Below, one piece after another: positions 1 to 8,796 of a DNA stretch of 64,000 nucleotides. This DNA is from a virus. Lineage: Duplodnaviria; Caudoviricetes. The position numbers and the translations under genes are program-made. A model generated the notes under the pieces. The model did no database searches and had not been told where the DNA came from. It saw nothing but the letters and a program-made list of their open reading frames with translations. Location of the stretch: positions 32,001 through 96,000 of IMG/VR virus record IMGVR_UViG_3300034104_005543, one strand, 5' to 3'. Position 1 is the stretch's first letter. Each line of letters opens with the position of its first letter.

Positions 1-49
1 ATATGAAATAGAAAATCTTAGAATAATAAACAAGAAAGTCAAAAAATGA
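1..49 (+). CDS. 3' end of an upstream gene truncated by the window edge
   Basis: Open frame from nt 2 (YEIENLRIINKKVKK) ends at TGA 47-49, overlapping the next ATG as ATGA, typical of translational coupling. Confidence 0.4.
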   Translation, partial: YEIENLRIINKKVKK

Positions 50-483
50 AAGTAACAGATAAGCAGTTTACAAAAGATTACAAAATTTTAGAAGCTGTTT
101 GTAAAGAACTTTCTGTTGAGTTAAAGAGAGAAGGTAAATCGTACTTTTATTATCCTGATAGTAAAGTTATTGCTTTACCAAAGTGTGTAAAAAGTAAAGC
201 TAGCCTTATTGTAGGTCTGTTACATGAAATAGGACATGTTATTCACCGCGATAGTATTTTTGGAGGTCTTTCTAAAACTGAAAACCACAATCGTGTTATC
301 ATAGTAGAAGGTGAATACAAAGCTTGGGAGCACGGGTACTATCTTTTACAAAAATTAAATTTAGAACATTATAATAATTTCTATATTAAAGAATGGGCTA
401 AATCTTGGAATCTTTATATTAAACACGTAAAAGATTGTCACAAACTTGAGTTATTGAATATGCGTGTCTCAATTATTGATTAA
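46..483 (+). CDS. small zincin-like metallopeptidase (ImmA/IrrE-like HExxH)
   Basis: LLHEIGH motif followed by a downstream E (EGEYKAW); 145 aa. Confidence 0.6.
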   Translation: MKVTDKQFTKDYKILEAVCKELSVELKREGKSYFYYPDSKVIALPKCVKSKASLIVGLLHEIGHVIHRDSIFGGLSKTENHNRVIIVEGEYKAWEHGYYLLQKLNLEHYNNFYIKEWAKSWNLYIKHVKDCHKLELLNMRVSIID

Positions 484-492
484 ATTTGTGAC

Positions 493-810
493 ATGAACAA
501 TCAAGAATTTTCCAAAAGTGTAGAGACAGCTCTAGAGATAGTCAGGAGTAGACTCGTAGTTAAAAATCAAGAGTACGCCCACAATTCTGATGTATTTCGG
601 AATTTTCGTACTGGTATTTCTATGCAAAAAACACCACAGGGTATTGCGTGGGAATATATGACCAAACATTTGCAGTGGTTAAAAGATACTATTGCAGATA
701 ATAAACTTCCTGATATGGACCAGGTAGATGAAAAAATTATTGACATTGTAAATTACTTGCTTATTATTAGAGCAATGTATGATGACCAGAATAACAATAA
801 TTTGCTCTAG
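493..810 (+). CDS. DUF1599 / nucleotide-modification-associated-like all-alpha protein
   Basis: KNQEYA...FRNF and EKIIDIVNYLLI motifs resemble this phage family as recalled; 105 aa. Confidence 0.5.
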   Translation: MNNQEFSKSVETALEIVRSRLVVKNQEYAHNSDVFRNFRTGISMQKTPQGIAWEYMTKHLQWLKDTIADNKLPDMDQVDEKIIDIVNYLLIIRAMYDDQNNNNLL

Positions 811-832
811 TAATATTTATTTATTATATTTG
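801..832 (+). promoter_or_regulatory. Bacteroidota-type housekeeping promoter (-33 TTTG / -7 TAnnTTTG)
   Basis: TTTG at 801-804, 20-nt spacer, TATATTTG at 825-832, upstream of ATG 852; matches the TTTG-N19-21-TAnnTTTG consensus. Confidence 0.55.
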
Positions 833-851
833 TATATAAAATTTTGAAATC

Positions 852-1094
852 ATGGAAAAATTTGTACCACAATCACCCGATCCCTTTTTGAATAAAGATG
901 AAGACATGAGTCTTGCAAAGTTTGGTCACATTAACGCTATTGTTGATGCATTAAATGCTCCTACTAGTTTTAATAGTTTTGTAAATCAAATTACTACTAA
1001 TGTTTATTCTAATAATAGTCAAGCGCTAGCAGGAGGATTAACTGCAGGAGATTTTTATAGAACTTCAGGCGGAGTAATTCATATTGTAGTTTAA
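852..1094 (+). CDS. small putative virion protein
   Basis: 80-aa ORF; C-terminal YSNNSQALAGGLTAGDFYRT resembles a motif recalled from Bacteroidota phage fibre/structural proteins. Confidence 0.5.
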   Translation: MEKFVPQSPDPFLNKDEDMSLAKFGHINAIVDALNAPTSFNSFVNQITTNVYSNNSQALAGGLTAGDFYRTSGGVIHIVV

Positions 1095-1124
1095 ACGAAA
1101 ATAAAATAAAACAACCAATATATT

Positions 1125-2135
1125 ATGATTAAAGTAGAAGTAGCTACACCGAACAAAAGGTCGGATATAAGTATCCGTCCGTTCACAGGTATTGAAGATG
1201 AAATGGGTCTTCACAAATACGAACTTGTTGTGTTTGATGGAGTAGTTCATGAAGAATGGATTGCTTGTCTTGAACAAAATGGAGTTCGTAGATATGTAAC
1301 AGGACTTAATGAATTTGCTCCTGAAGTTCAAAGATTAGAAGGTGAGATGAAAGAAGCGACTATTAAAGATATTCGCAAGACTGTAGCTCACCTGGAAAAA
1401 GCGTTAATTACTAATGTAATTGATGAAAACGATCCTGATTTTTGGGGCAAAGTAAAGATTCTAAAACCTGATAATGATGAGTTTTGGAGTAAGGTTAGTA
1501 TTCGTTGTGGTAATGACCCTGTATTTTTAGATCAAAAAGATCCTTACGATTTGATTAAATTCTATGCTATTAAAGCAGGAGGATTTTCTTCAATTGCTCC
1601 AGATTACAATGCTGCAAAAGATAGTAATATGCGTGGTGTCCGTAAACGTTTCTTTTTAGATCGTTTTGAGGATACTCTGTCTGTTAAAGTAGAAGTAAGT
1701 AAATTCCGTAACAAAGCGTTAGGTGAATTGCATAAACTCTATGAAAAAAATACAGATAAAATGTTACTTATTACTAAGATTTTGGACCCTAATTCTTTAT
1801 CCTACAGAAGTAACACTCCTCCTGATGTATTGTATCAGCAACTTGATAGATACATTCAAGGTGTTGGAGTAGATAAAGATAAGTTAAAAGCACCTCAGAA
1901 GTTCTTAAAACTTATTGAAACTCCTGTAGAAGAACTGAAAGTACGGGCTATTATTAAAGATGCAGCTGGTCTTAACATCTTGCGTTCTAAAAGCGATGGT
2001 ATGATTTACTACGAAAAAACACAAACTCCGGTAGGTAGAACACCACAAGATGTTTTTGTTTTCTTAAAAAATCCTCTACACCAGGATATCTTAGTAGATT
2101 TACAAAAAGAAGTTGAATCTAACTGGTCTAAATAA
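1125..2135 (+). CDS. conserved crAss-like phage protein of the capsid gene block
   Basis: 336-aa ORF at the start of the structural module; assignment by context only. Confidence 0.5.
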   Translation: MIKVEVATPNKRSDISIRPFTGIEDEMGLHKYELVVFDGVVHEEWIACLEQNGVRRYVTGLNEFAPEVQRLEGEMKEATIKDIRKTVAHLEKALITNVIDENDPDFWGKVKILKPDNDEFWSKVSIRCGNDPVFLDQKDPYDLIKFYAIKAGGFSSIAPDYNAAKDSNMRGVRKRFFLDRFEDTLSVKVEVSKFRNKALGELHKLYEKNTDKMLLITKILDPNSLSYRSNTPPDVLYQQLDRYIQGVGVDKDKLKAPQKFLKLIETPVEELKVRAIIKDAAGLNILRSKSDGMIYYEKTQTPVGRTPQDVFVFLKNPLHQDILVDLQKEVESNWSK

Positions 2136-2137
2136 TC

Positions 2138-2839
2138 ATGAATAATACTCTTCTAAAACTTAAAATTGAGCAAAGATTAAACAAAATATCTAGTCAGGAT
2201 TATAGTAATATAAAACCCTGGATGGTTATTGAAGCTTTTAATAAAGCTCAAATTGAATGGATTAGAAGAAATTTACATGGTAATAATTTATTTAAAGAAG
2301 GAGACGAGCAGAGTGTTAGAAGAATTGATGATCTTCAAATTCTACTAACCTCTGCTTTTATCCCTACTACAAACAATAACTTCTATGTAATAGCACCAAT
2401 GCCAAGTAACTATTTGGCATTTAAGCGTTTAGATGTAGAAGCTAAAAAAGATTGTTGTAAAGATGTTAGAAACATGCGTTCTAATCTAATAGAAGAAGCA
2501 ATGGTTAATCAATATCTTAATAACGAAAACTCAAAACCTAGTTTTGAGTGGGGTGAAACCTTTTTTACAATGATAGGTAATAACTTACATATCTATCATA
2601 ACAAAGACTTTGATGTCAATAAAGTCAACTTAGTCTATTATAGATTTCCTAGAAAGATTGAAATCGCAGGTGTTGAAAATCCTGAAAACGGTCAGATATC
2701 TCCTATAAACGTTGAATCAGAACTTAAAGATGATTTACTAGAATTGATAGTAGACGATGCTGCTGCTATATTAGCAGCTGATATTGAATCATTTAATCAA
2801 TATCAAAGAGAAACACAAAACGCAGAAAGAAATAATTAA
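2138..2839 (+). CDS. putative head-tail adaptor / tail ring protein (crAss-like)
   Basis: 233 aa; FNKAQ...W N-terminal helix and LVYYRFP...ELIVDDAAAILA C-terminal pattern resemble crAss-like ring proteins. Confidence 0.5.
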   Translation: MNNTLLKLKIEQRLNKISSQDYSNIKPWMVIEAFNKAQIEWIRRNLHGNNLFKEGDEQSVRRIDDLQILLTSAFIPTTNNNFYVIAPMPSNYLAFKRLDVEAKKDCCKDVRNMRSNLIEEAMVNQYLNNENSKPSFEWGETFFTMIGNNLHIYHNKDFDVNKVNLVYYRFPRKIEIAGVENPENGQISPINVESELKDDLLELIVDDAAAILAADIESFNQYQRETQNAERNN

Positions 2840-2844
2840 CCTTT

Positions 2845-3252
2845 ATGTTAAAGAGACCTTCTAATTTATCGCATATACAGATTTCAGAATTAGTTGTTGA
2901 ACTGTTAGCACTTGCTCCTAGAGCTCATTCTTTACATTTACTTGTAACAGGAGAAGGTTCTTTTGCAGCACACAAAGCACTTAATGAATTTTATGATGCT
3001 TTACCGGGTCTTGTAGATACAGTAGCAGAAGGATGGCAGGGTTATAATGAAAAGTTATTAGACACTGTTGATCCTAAAGTACCTGTAATTAAAAATACTA
3101 AAGATATGCTTGCTGTTATTAGAAAAATGCATTCTAAGATTACAGAAATACAAGCTGACTTACCTTCAGATGCTTCTGAAATAATAAATGATTTAGACAA
3201 TATTAAGTCAGAAATGAATTCTTTAAAATATAAATTGCTTTTTCTACAGTAA
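2845..3252 (+). CDS. ferritin/Dps-like four-helix protein
   Basis: AHSLHLLVTG-x3-FAAHKALNEFYD...DTVAE matches the Dps-like H-x-H...H...D..AE ligand pattern; ends KYKLLFLQ. Confidence 0.65.
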   Translation: MLKRPSNLSHIQISELVVELLALAPRAHSLHLLVTGEGSFAAHKALNEFYDALPGLVDTVAEGWQGYNEKLLDTVDPKVPVIKNTKDMLAVIRKMHSKITEIQADLPSDASEIINDLDNIKSEMNSLKYKLLFLQ

Positions 3253-3289
3253 TTTATTATATTGATTTAAACATTTTATCTATATAATT

Positions 3290-4552
3290 ATGTATTTTAA
3301 TCACGCGTTTCGACAAACACACATTGGAACCAAAGTTGGTGGTTCACCTGTGTTTTCTGGAATTTCTTCAGTATCAGGTTTTATTGAAGATGCTTCCTCA
3401 ATCAAATCTTCTGATTTGAAAGATCGTACTATTGGTCTTGGTCCTGGTACTTTTGGATTTTTTGATGAAAGTTTTAATGGTATTGATACCAATAACTTTA
3501 CAAACTGTTGTCCATTGTACTTAGCAAGTGCTTCTATCTTCCAAAAAGATAAAATCGGTCAATTTCATGGTGGGTATTTAGAGTCAGTAAAATCTAAACT
3601 GATTAATCCTAAGCATGTTAGCAAAGTTTGGTACACTCCTGCTTGTCCTGCAAAAGCTGACGTAGTTCACATTGGACATACTCCTTACACTACTACATTG
3701 TCTCCAGCATGTCCTGCTCGCGAGTTTTTGTGTAATGAAGTTTACAACTTACGTATTGACCTTAAAGGGTCTCCTGTTCTTCGTTTGTTGAACCGTAATA
3801 TGTACCGTAATGTAAGTCGTTGGACAGGTTGTTGCCCTGCAGGTCAACCAGTTGCTCCTGTAGATTCTACATTAGTATTTATTCAGTGGGCAAAAGACCT
3901 TTTGAATTTCCCGTTGACTCAACCTTTCATTCAAATTGAAATTTTTAGAGAAGATACTGGTGCATCTTTAGGTACAGATCCTGCTGTTTGGGATAATTAT
4001 GTTTCTCCTGGTCATACTACTAATAGAATGGCAGGTATGATTATCACAGGAGCTTATGTTGATACTAAGTTTGGTGATTGTACTTTCCAAATCTCTGATT
4101 TCTTTGAAAAAGAACCAGTTCGTGTATATGCTTCTATGGTTGATGAAACCGGTGATGTTTGTGCATTTGAAGGTCTTTGTGTAATTAAAGAGTGTGAAGC
4201 TACTCAGGCTGAAGGTTTTGGTGAGCAAGTAGTTCGTGATTTGATTTTGTTTGAATCTTATCGTCAGAACTTTTTCCATACAGATCTTCGTCTGCGTGAA
4301 GTAACTCAAGGTTATGATTTTACAAATGTAATTGATCGTAATTCTTCTTACCATCGTTACTTTATTGCTCATAATGTACCTCGTAGAAATAATCCTACTA
4401 GTACTTTTGACAATGATCAATATTTGATTGAAATTGTAGTTCCTGCAAAAGATGCTTTATTTGAAGCATTTATTCAATCTTGGTTAGGTGGTTGTGGTGT
4501 TTGTTCTGCTGATATTGACTTCAGCGCTACTTGCTCCGCTGCTTGTCCATAA
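3290..4552 (+). CDS. abundant virion structural protein (putative auxiliary capsid/structural protein)
   Basis: 420 aa, Cys-rich, strongly biased codons (CGT/GGT) suggesting high expression, followed by a strong terminator. Confidence 0.5.
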   Translation: MYFNHAFRQTHIGTKVGGSPVFSGISSVSGFIEDASSIKSSDLKDRTIGLGPGTFGFFDESFNGIDTNNFTNCCPLYLASASIFQKDKIGQFHGGYLESVKSKLINPKHVSKVWYTPACPAKADVVHIGHTPYTTTLSPACPAREFLCNEVYNLRIDLKGSPVLRLLNRNMYRNVSRWTGCCPAGQPVAPVDSTLVFIQWAKDLLNFPLTQPFIQIEIFREDTGASLGTDPAVWDNYVSPGHTTNRMAGMIITGAYVDTKFGDCTFQISDFFEKEPVRVYASMVDETGDVCAFEGLCVIKECEATQAEGFGEQVVRDLILFESYRQNFFHTDLRLREVTQGYDFTNVIDRNSSYHRYFIAHNVPRRNNPTSTFDNDQYLIEIVVPAKDALFEAFIQSWLGGCGVCSADIDFSATCSAACP

Positions 4553-4576
4553 TTGTTTGGTTGTTTTGATTTGTTG

Positions 4577-4606
4577 AAATAGGGAGAGAAATCTCCCTAT
4601 TTTTTT
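4577..4606 (+). terminator. rho-independent terminator
   Basis: AAATAGGGAGA-GAAA-TCTCCCTATTT perfect stem with GNRA loop followed by a T run. Confidence 0.85.
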
Positions 4607-4648
4607 ATTAATATTTGACAAAATGTAATAAATTTGTAAATTGTAAGT

Positions 4649-5191
4649 ATGTCACAGTTAGCTTTAGATTTTATTCAAACAATGAACCCTTCTGTAATGA
4701 GAATTGCAGATGCTAGTAATTACTCAGGTCCTCCAGTAACTAATCCTATTTTAACTGTGTTGGGTCCGGGATATACTACACCAGGAGTTATTTATCCTAC
4801 TACGTTTCCTTTTATAGAAAATCTTTCTGCTTACGATGCAGGTTTATTACCTGCACCTACCCCTATTACAGATTACCCTGAATTTCCAGATGGTGTATAT
4901 GTAGTTAAATATAGTATAGCTCCTAATACTCAAGTGTTTGTAGAATACAATCATCTTAGAATAACTAAGTTTCTTAATAACTTACAAAAAGCATATTGTA
5001 AGATTGATAATGTAGGTTGTATGCCATCTGCAGAATTAGAAGAAGATTTAGCAAAATTGAGACTTATTGAAAATATGATGAAAGCTGCTGTAGCAAAAGT
5101 TGAAATTTGTCATAAACGCGAAGCTGGAAGTATGATGTTTCAGTATGCAAATAAATTATTAGATCGTTTTACTTGTAAATCTTGTAAATAA
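4649..5191 (+). CDS. putative virion structural protein
   Basis: 180 aa; FPDGVYVVKYSIAP motif, ends CKSCK; in structural module. Confidence 0.5.
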   Translation: MSQLALDFIQTMNPSVMRIADASNYSGPPVTNPILTVLGPGYTTPGVIYPTTFPFIENLSAYDAGLLPAPTPITDYPEFPDGVYVVKYSIAPNTQVFVEYNHLRITKFLNNLQKAYCKIDNVGCMPSAELEEDLAKLRLIENMMKAAVAKVEICHKREAGSMMFQYANKLLDRFTCKSCK

Positions 5192-5192
5192 T

Positions 5193-5312
5193 ATGAGTAT
5201 GTGTCCTAATTGTAAAGCATCTTTAGGTTGTAGTTGTAAACTTAGAAAGACTCCTAAAGGAACCCAAGTTTGCACAAACTGTCTTTCATTAGCTATATCC
5301 CAAGGAAAATGA
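5193..5312 (+). CDS. 39-aa six-cysteine micro-protein (absent from the ORF track)
   Basis: MSMCPNCKASLGCSCKLRKTPKGTQVCTNCLSLAISQGK*; starts 1 nt after the previous stop and its TGA overlaps the ATG at 5309. Confidence 0.7.
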   Translation: MSMCPNCKASLGCSCKLRKTPKGTQVCTNCLSLAISQGK

Positions 5313-5548
5313 GTTGTACTTTATGTGAAATAGAAGAAATAAAATGTGACTTTGCAGATTACATGTATAACAAATTTAAAGAAATGAAATTTGGTATAGA
5401 GACTTGCTGTAAAGAAAACTTTAACAAACTTGATGTAAGACATAAGCTTGCAGAGTTTAGTCTTATTCAAGATGTTGATACCGAATTGATTTTAACTAAC
5501 GACACTGTTACTATATTTCCAGTTTCATTTGGAGAATGTTGTAAATAA
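5309..5548 (+). CDS. small Cys-rich protein (start revised from 5270 to ATG 5309)
   Basis: MSCTLCEIEE...ETCCKE...ECCK; ATGA overlap with the micro-ORF supports this start. Confidence 0.6.
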   Translation: MSCTLCEIEEIKCDFADYMYNKFKEMKFGIETCCKENFNKLDVRHKLAEFSLIQDVDTELILTNDTVTIFPVSFGECCK

Positions 5549-5563
5549 TATTATATTAAGTAT

Positions 5564-6994
5564 ATGGCAAGACCTACTAACTCCTCTAATAAAAGTTTAA
5601 GTTGCAATCCAGTTTCTTCGGAGTGTGTTATCTACAATAATCAGAACTTAGATTGTTTTGAAATTTGTGTAGGTAATAGTGTAGGTGATGTTATATTTGG
5701 TTTAGGTAGTTTATTATGCGAGTTTACTCAAAAGGAATATTCTTTGTGTATTAATGAACCTCACACTTTAAATTTAGAAGATGCTCTTACAGAATTAGCA
5801 AATGCTGTTTGCGAATTGCAAAATGCAACTCCTCCTGAACCAGGTCCTACTTTTACTTGTACTGATGTTAAAGCATGTGAAATGCCTGCTACAGCCATTA
5901 CAGAAGAAGGAACCTCTTTAGAAGATGTTATTGCTGCTATTGCAACTAACAGTGATGGTTCTGCAACTGTAATAGAAGATGAGATTAATCCTACTTTAGC
6001 AAATCACGAAGACAGGATTACAGAACTAGAAGATGCTCCAGCACCTATTTTTGTTGAACCTGAAATAATTCCTGTATGCGTACTTCCTGCAGTTGCTACA
6101 CCTATTAGTGAAGTATTATCTGCATTAGAAGAAGATTTTTGTAGCATGCAACAGTTATTAGGTTCTAATAACGAAATTGTTACTGCTATTTCGCGACAGT
6201 GTTTAAATCTAAATACAGATACCTCCCTTTCTACAAATGGTACTATGAGTGCTATTCCAGGATGGCAAACCAGTCCTAATACCTTATCAGAATCAATTAA
6301 CAATTTATGGTTGACTCTTTGTGATATGAGATCAGCTATTAAAGACATTAAACTTAACTGCTGTAATACAGAATGTTCTGACTTTGTTTGGGCAATTAGT
6401 TCTACTATTAATGCTGCAGGTACACAAATTGAGTTTTACTTTGATTCTGTAGTAATACCATCAGGATTTACAGCATGTGATCCTCTAGGTGCAACCTTTA
6501 CTATTTCTGATAGTTTAGGTAATAGCATGAATGTAAAAATACCTATTCAATCATACGCAGGTACTTTAACTCCATATGTTATTCTTTTAGGTGGAACACC
6601 TTTGTCTGCATCATCTAATTATAATGTTAATGCTAACACTTGTTTTACAAATGCGGCAAAAGGAATTACTTGTGAAAAATCACTTTGTTTAGGTATTCAA
6701 AACCCAGCGGTTTGTCCTGAAGTAGTTTACACAGCAGGAGTTGATAATATAGGATATTCATTTACAGGTTCTGCAGGAATGACTTATGTAATTTCTGTAT
6801 ATACTACAGGTAGTCCTTCTGTATTAATAACTTCTGTAACACATTCTAATGTAGCAGGAGGAGTTATTACAGGTAGTATTACAGGATTATCTTCTGAAAT
6901 ATCCTACGATCTGATAATGAATATTGTAAATGTATCAGCAGGAATTAATACAAATTGTCCTACTGTAGTAGTAGAAACATTACCCGGAACTTGA
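5564..6994 (+). CDS. Cys-rich fibre-like protein with coiled coil and C-terminal FN3-like domain
   Basis: NHEDRITELE trimeric coiled-coil motif; C-terminal GSITGLSSEISYDL FN3-like strand pattern. Confidence 0.55.
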   Translation: MARPTNSSNKSLSCNPVSSECVIYNNQNLDCFEICVGNSVGDVIFGLGSLLCEFTQKEYSLCINEPHTLNLEDALTELANAVCELQNATPPEPGPTFTCTDVKACEMPATAITEEGTSLEDVIAAIATNSDGSATVIEDEINPTLANHEDRITELEDAPAPIFVEPEIIPVCVLPAVATPISEVLSALEEDFCSMQQLLGSNNEIVTAISRQCLNLNTDTSLSTNGTMSAIPGWQTSPNTLSESINNLWLTLCDMRSAIKDIKLNCCNTECSDFVWAISSTINAAGTQIEFYFDSVVIPSGFTACDPLGATFTISDSLGNSMNVKIPIQSYAGTLTPYVILLGGTPLSASSNYNVNANTCFTNAAKGITCEKSLCLGIQNPAVCPEVVYTAGVDNIGYSFTGSAGMTYVISVYTTGSPSVLITSVTHSNVAGGVITGSITGLSSEISYDLIMNIVNVSAGINTNCPTVVVETLPGT

Positions 6995-6995
6995 T

Positions 6996-7547
6996 ATGGC
7001 TTGTAAGTGTAATAATAAACCTTGTAATTGTAATGATGTACCTGGAGTAACTCCTGAGGGTTATCATGAATTATCTGCAGCAAACGGAGGTATAGCACCT
7101 TCTCAATACTATCCTGCTAACGGTGTTGTCTATCCTACAACTACTGTTGTTCCTTACCAAAGTTTGTTAGAAACACCTATAAACACAGGGTCTAGTGCTG
7201 TAGAAGCGTATCAAGCGCTTGTATTATTGCAAACAAATCCTACTTGTGTACAGAATGCTCCTAATTGTCAAAGTCCTTTGGGAGTTGTAGTATCTGATGC
7301 TACACAAACTAGTTTGACTGTAGTTTGGGTTGATAATCCAACAGCAACAGGTTACCGTGTTAAAGCTACTACTGGGGGAGCTCCTGTATTTCAACAAGAT
7401 TTCTCTTCTTCTACTACAGTAGCAATGATAACAGGACTAGCTCCTTCTACAGATTATGAAGTTTCAGTAGGATCAATATGTGATTCTTCACCTGTAACTA
7501 CTTGTGATTCTGTTACTATTCTTGTTACTACCCCAGGACTTTTGTAA
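6996..7547 (+). CDS. fibronectin type III domain virion protein
   Basis: ATQTSLTVVW...GYRV...ITGLAPSTDYEVSVGSIC is a canonical FN3 signature; N-terminal CKC...PCNC. Confidence 0.75.
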   Translation: MACKCNNKPCNCNDVPGVTPEGYHELSAANGGIAPSQYYPANGVVYPTTTVVPYQSLLETPINTGSSAVEAYQALVLLQTNPTCVQNAPNCQSPLGVVVSDATQTSLTVVWVDNPTATGYRVKATTGGAPVFQQDFSSSTTVAMITGLAPSTDYEVSVGSICDSSPVTTCDSVTILVTTPGLL

Positions 7548-7567
7548 ATTAGTAGCTCTTTTGAGCT

Positions 7568-8137
7568 ATGAAAAAAACAAAAATTGTCACTGCGCTATTA
7601 ACAGCCCCTAGATACAATCCCAATTATTATTACCCTAGAGGTAAACAGTTTAGTACAACTAAACTCTGGTTGCACTATAAAAAACAAATACCTACATTTC
7701 GAAAAAGAGATGTAGGTATTATTATTGACACCTTTCACGATGAAATTTTTAACGAACTTCTAAATAATAGAAACGGTGTCTATTTACCTAAAAACATAGG
7801 TAAGCTATACATAATAACTAAAGACCAACCCAAAGAAGGATTTAAGTATCTAAATTATATACTTAGTATTGGTGAAAAAATAGGAGTAATTGCGTTTGAT
7901 CATAACTTAGACAAAGCCGGTATTATTGATTCTTCTATCTGGCAGTTTTCTTTTATCAGACCTAAAATGAATATAATAAAAGAAAAGTATAAAGAAGATT
8001 TTATGTTTTATATGAATTTTTTTAAAAGAAATAAAATGAATGATAAAATCTTTGATATTGACAGTAAAAAACCGTATATTTCTATTATAGAGAATGTAGA
8101 AGATCCTCTTAAAAATTACAACGAATTTGAAATGTAA
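7568..8137 (+). CDS. IHF/HU-like DNA-binding protein (crAss-like)
   Basis: Basic; IIIDTFHDEIFNELL...GVYLPKNIGKLYI resembles the HU/IHF helix-strand; position before tail-tube genes matches crAss-like synteny. Confidence 0.55.
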   Translation: MKKTKIVTALLTAPRYNPNYYYPRGKQFSTTKLWLHYKKQIPTFRKRDVGIIIDTFHDEIFNELLNNRNGVYLPKNIGKLYIITKDQPKEGFKYLNYILSIGEKIGVIAFDHNLDKAGIIDSSIWQFSFIRPKMNIIKEKYKEDFMFYMNFFKRNKMNDKIFDIDSKKPYISIIENVEDPLKNYNEFEM

Positions 8138-8796
8138 TGGATACAATTGGAGTAATAGTAGCACGTCTTAGAAAAATAGCAAAAGCAATAAGTCCTGATA
8201 GTTTTTTAACTGACAGAGATTTGTATTCTATTTTTCTAAAATACGCATATCTGTATATAAGAAGACAGGATAATCTAAACCGTATTATGAAATACCAAAC
8301 GGTGTTTCAGGTACTTCCTTGTGTAGAACTTATAGAAGTTGATAAAGTAGAAGCATGTTGTGTTGGAATACAATCTGGTTGTACAATAAGAAGAACTAAA
8401 GATAAACTACCAAAAGTAATAGATGGTGCATACGGTCCTTTGTTTAGAAATGTTACATCAATAGATAGAGGTACTTCTTTTACTTTTACAGCACCTTCTA
8501 TTTATGTAGAAATGACTAAAAGCAAAAGCTTTAAGTTTAATACAAACAAATATGCTTGGTATATAGATGGGTATCTTTATTTTCCTAATATCGATTGGGA
8601 TGCAATACTTATTGAAGCTTTGTTTGAAATAGATTTAGGTGTCCAAGATGGTTGTAGAAATATGCAACAAACTATTTCCCGTGTACCACCCTATTTGTAT
8701 TCAGAAATTGAAAACGGATTTAAGCAAGATCTTGCTGTTATGGAACAGTTACCTGCAGATCCTATGATTGATAAACAAGATAATACAAGACAATGA
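8137..8796 (+). CDS. tail ring / tubular protein (crAss-like)
   Basis: 219 aa; LPCVELIEVD, RTKDKLP and YIDGYLYFPN motifs; synteny between IHF-like and stabilisation genes. Confidence 0.55.
   Translation: MDTIGVIVARLRKIAKAISPDSFLTDRDLYSIFLKYAYLYIRRQDNLNRIMKYQTVFQVLPCVELIEVDKVEACCVGIQSGCTIRRTKDKLPKVIDGAYGPLFRNVTSIDRGTSFTFTAPSIYVEMTKSKSFKFNTNKYAWYIDGYLYFPNIDWDAILIEALFEIDLGVQDGCRNMQQTISRVPPYLYSEIENGFKQDLAVMEQLPADPMIDKQDNTRQ

Noticed and set aside
1125-4552. Major capsid protein, portal or terminase in this window
   Set aside because: No recognisable motifs; these genes probably lie outside the window, though the 420-aa protein could not be assigned firmly
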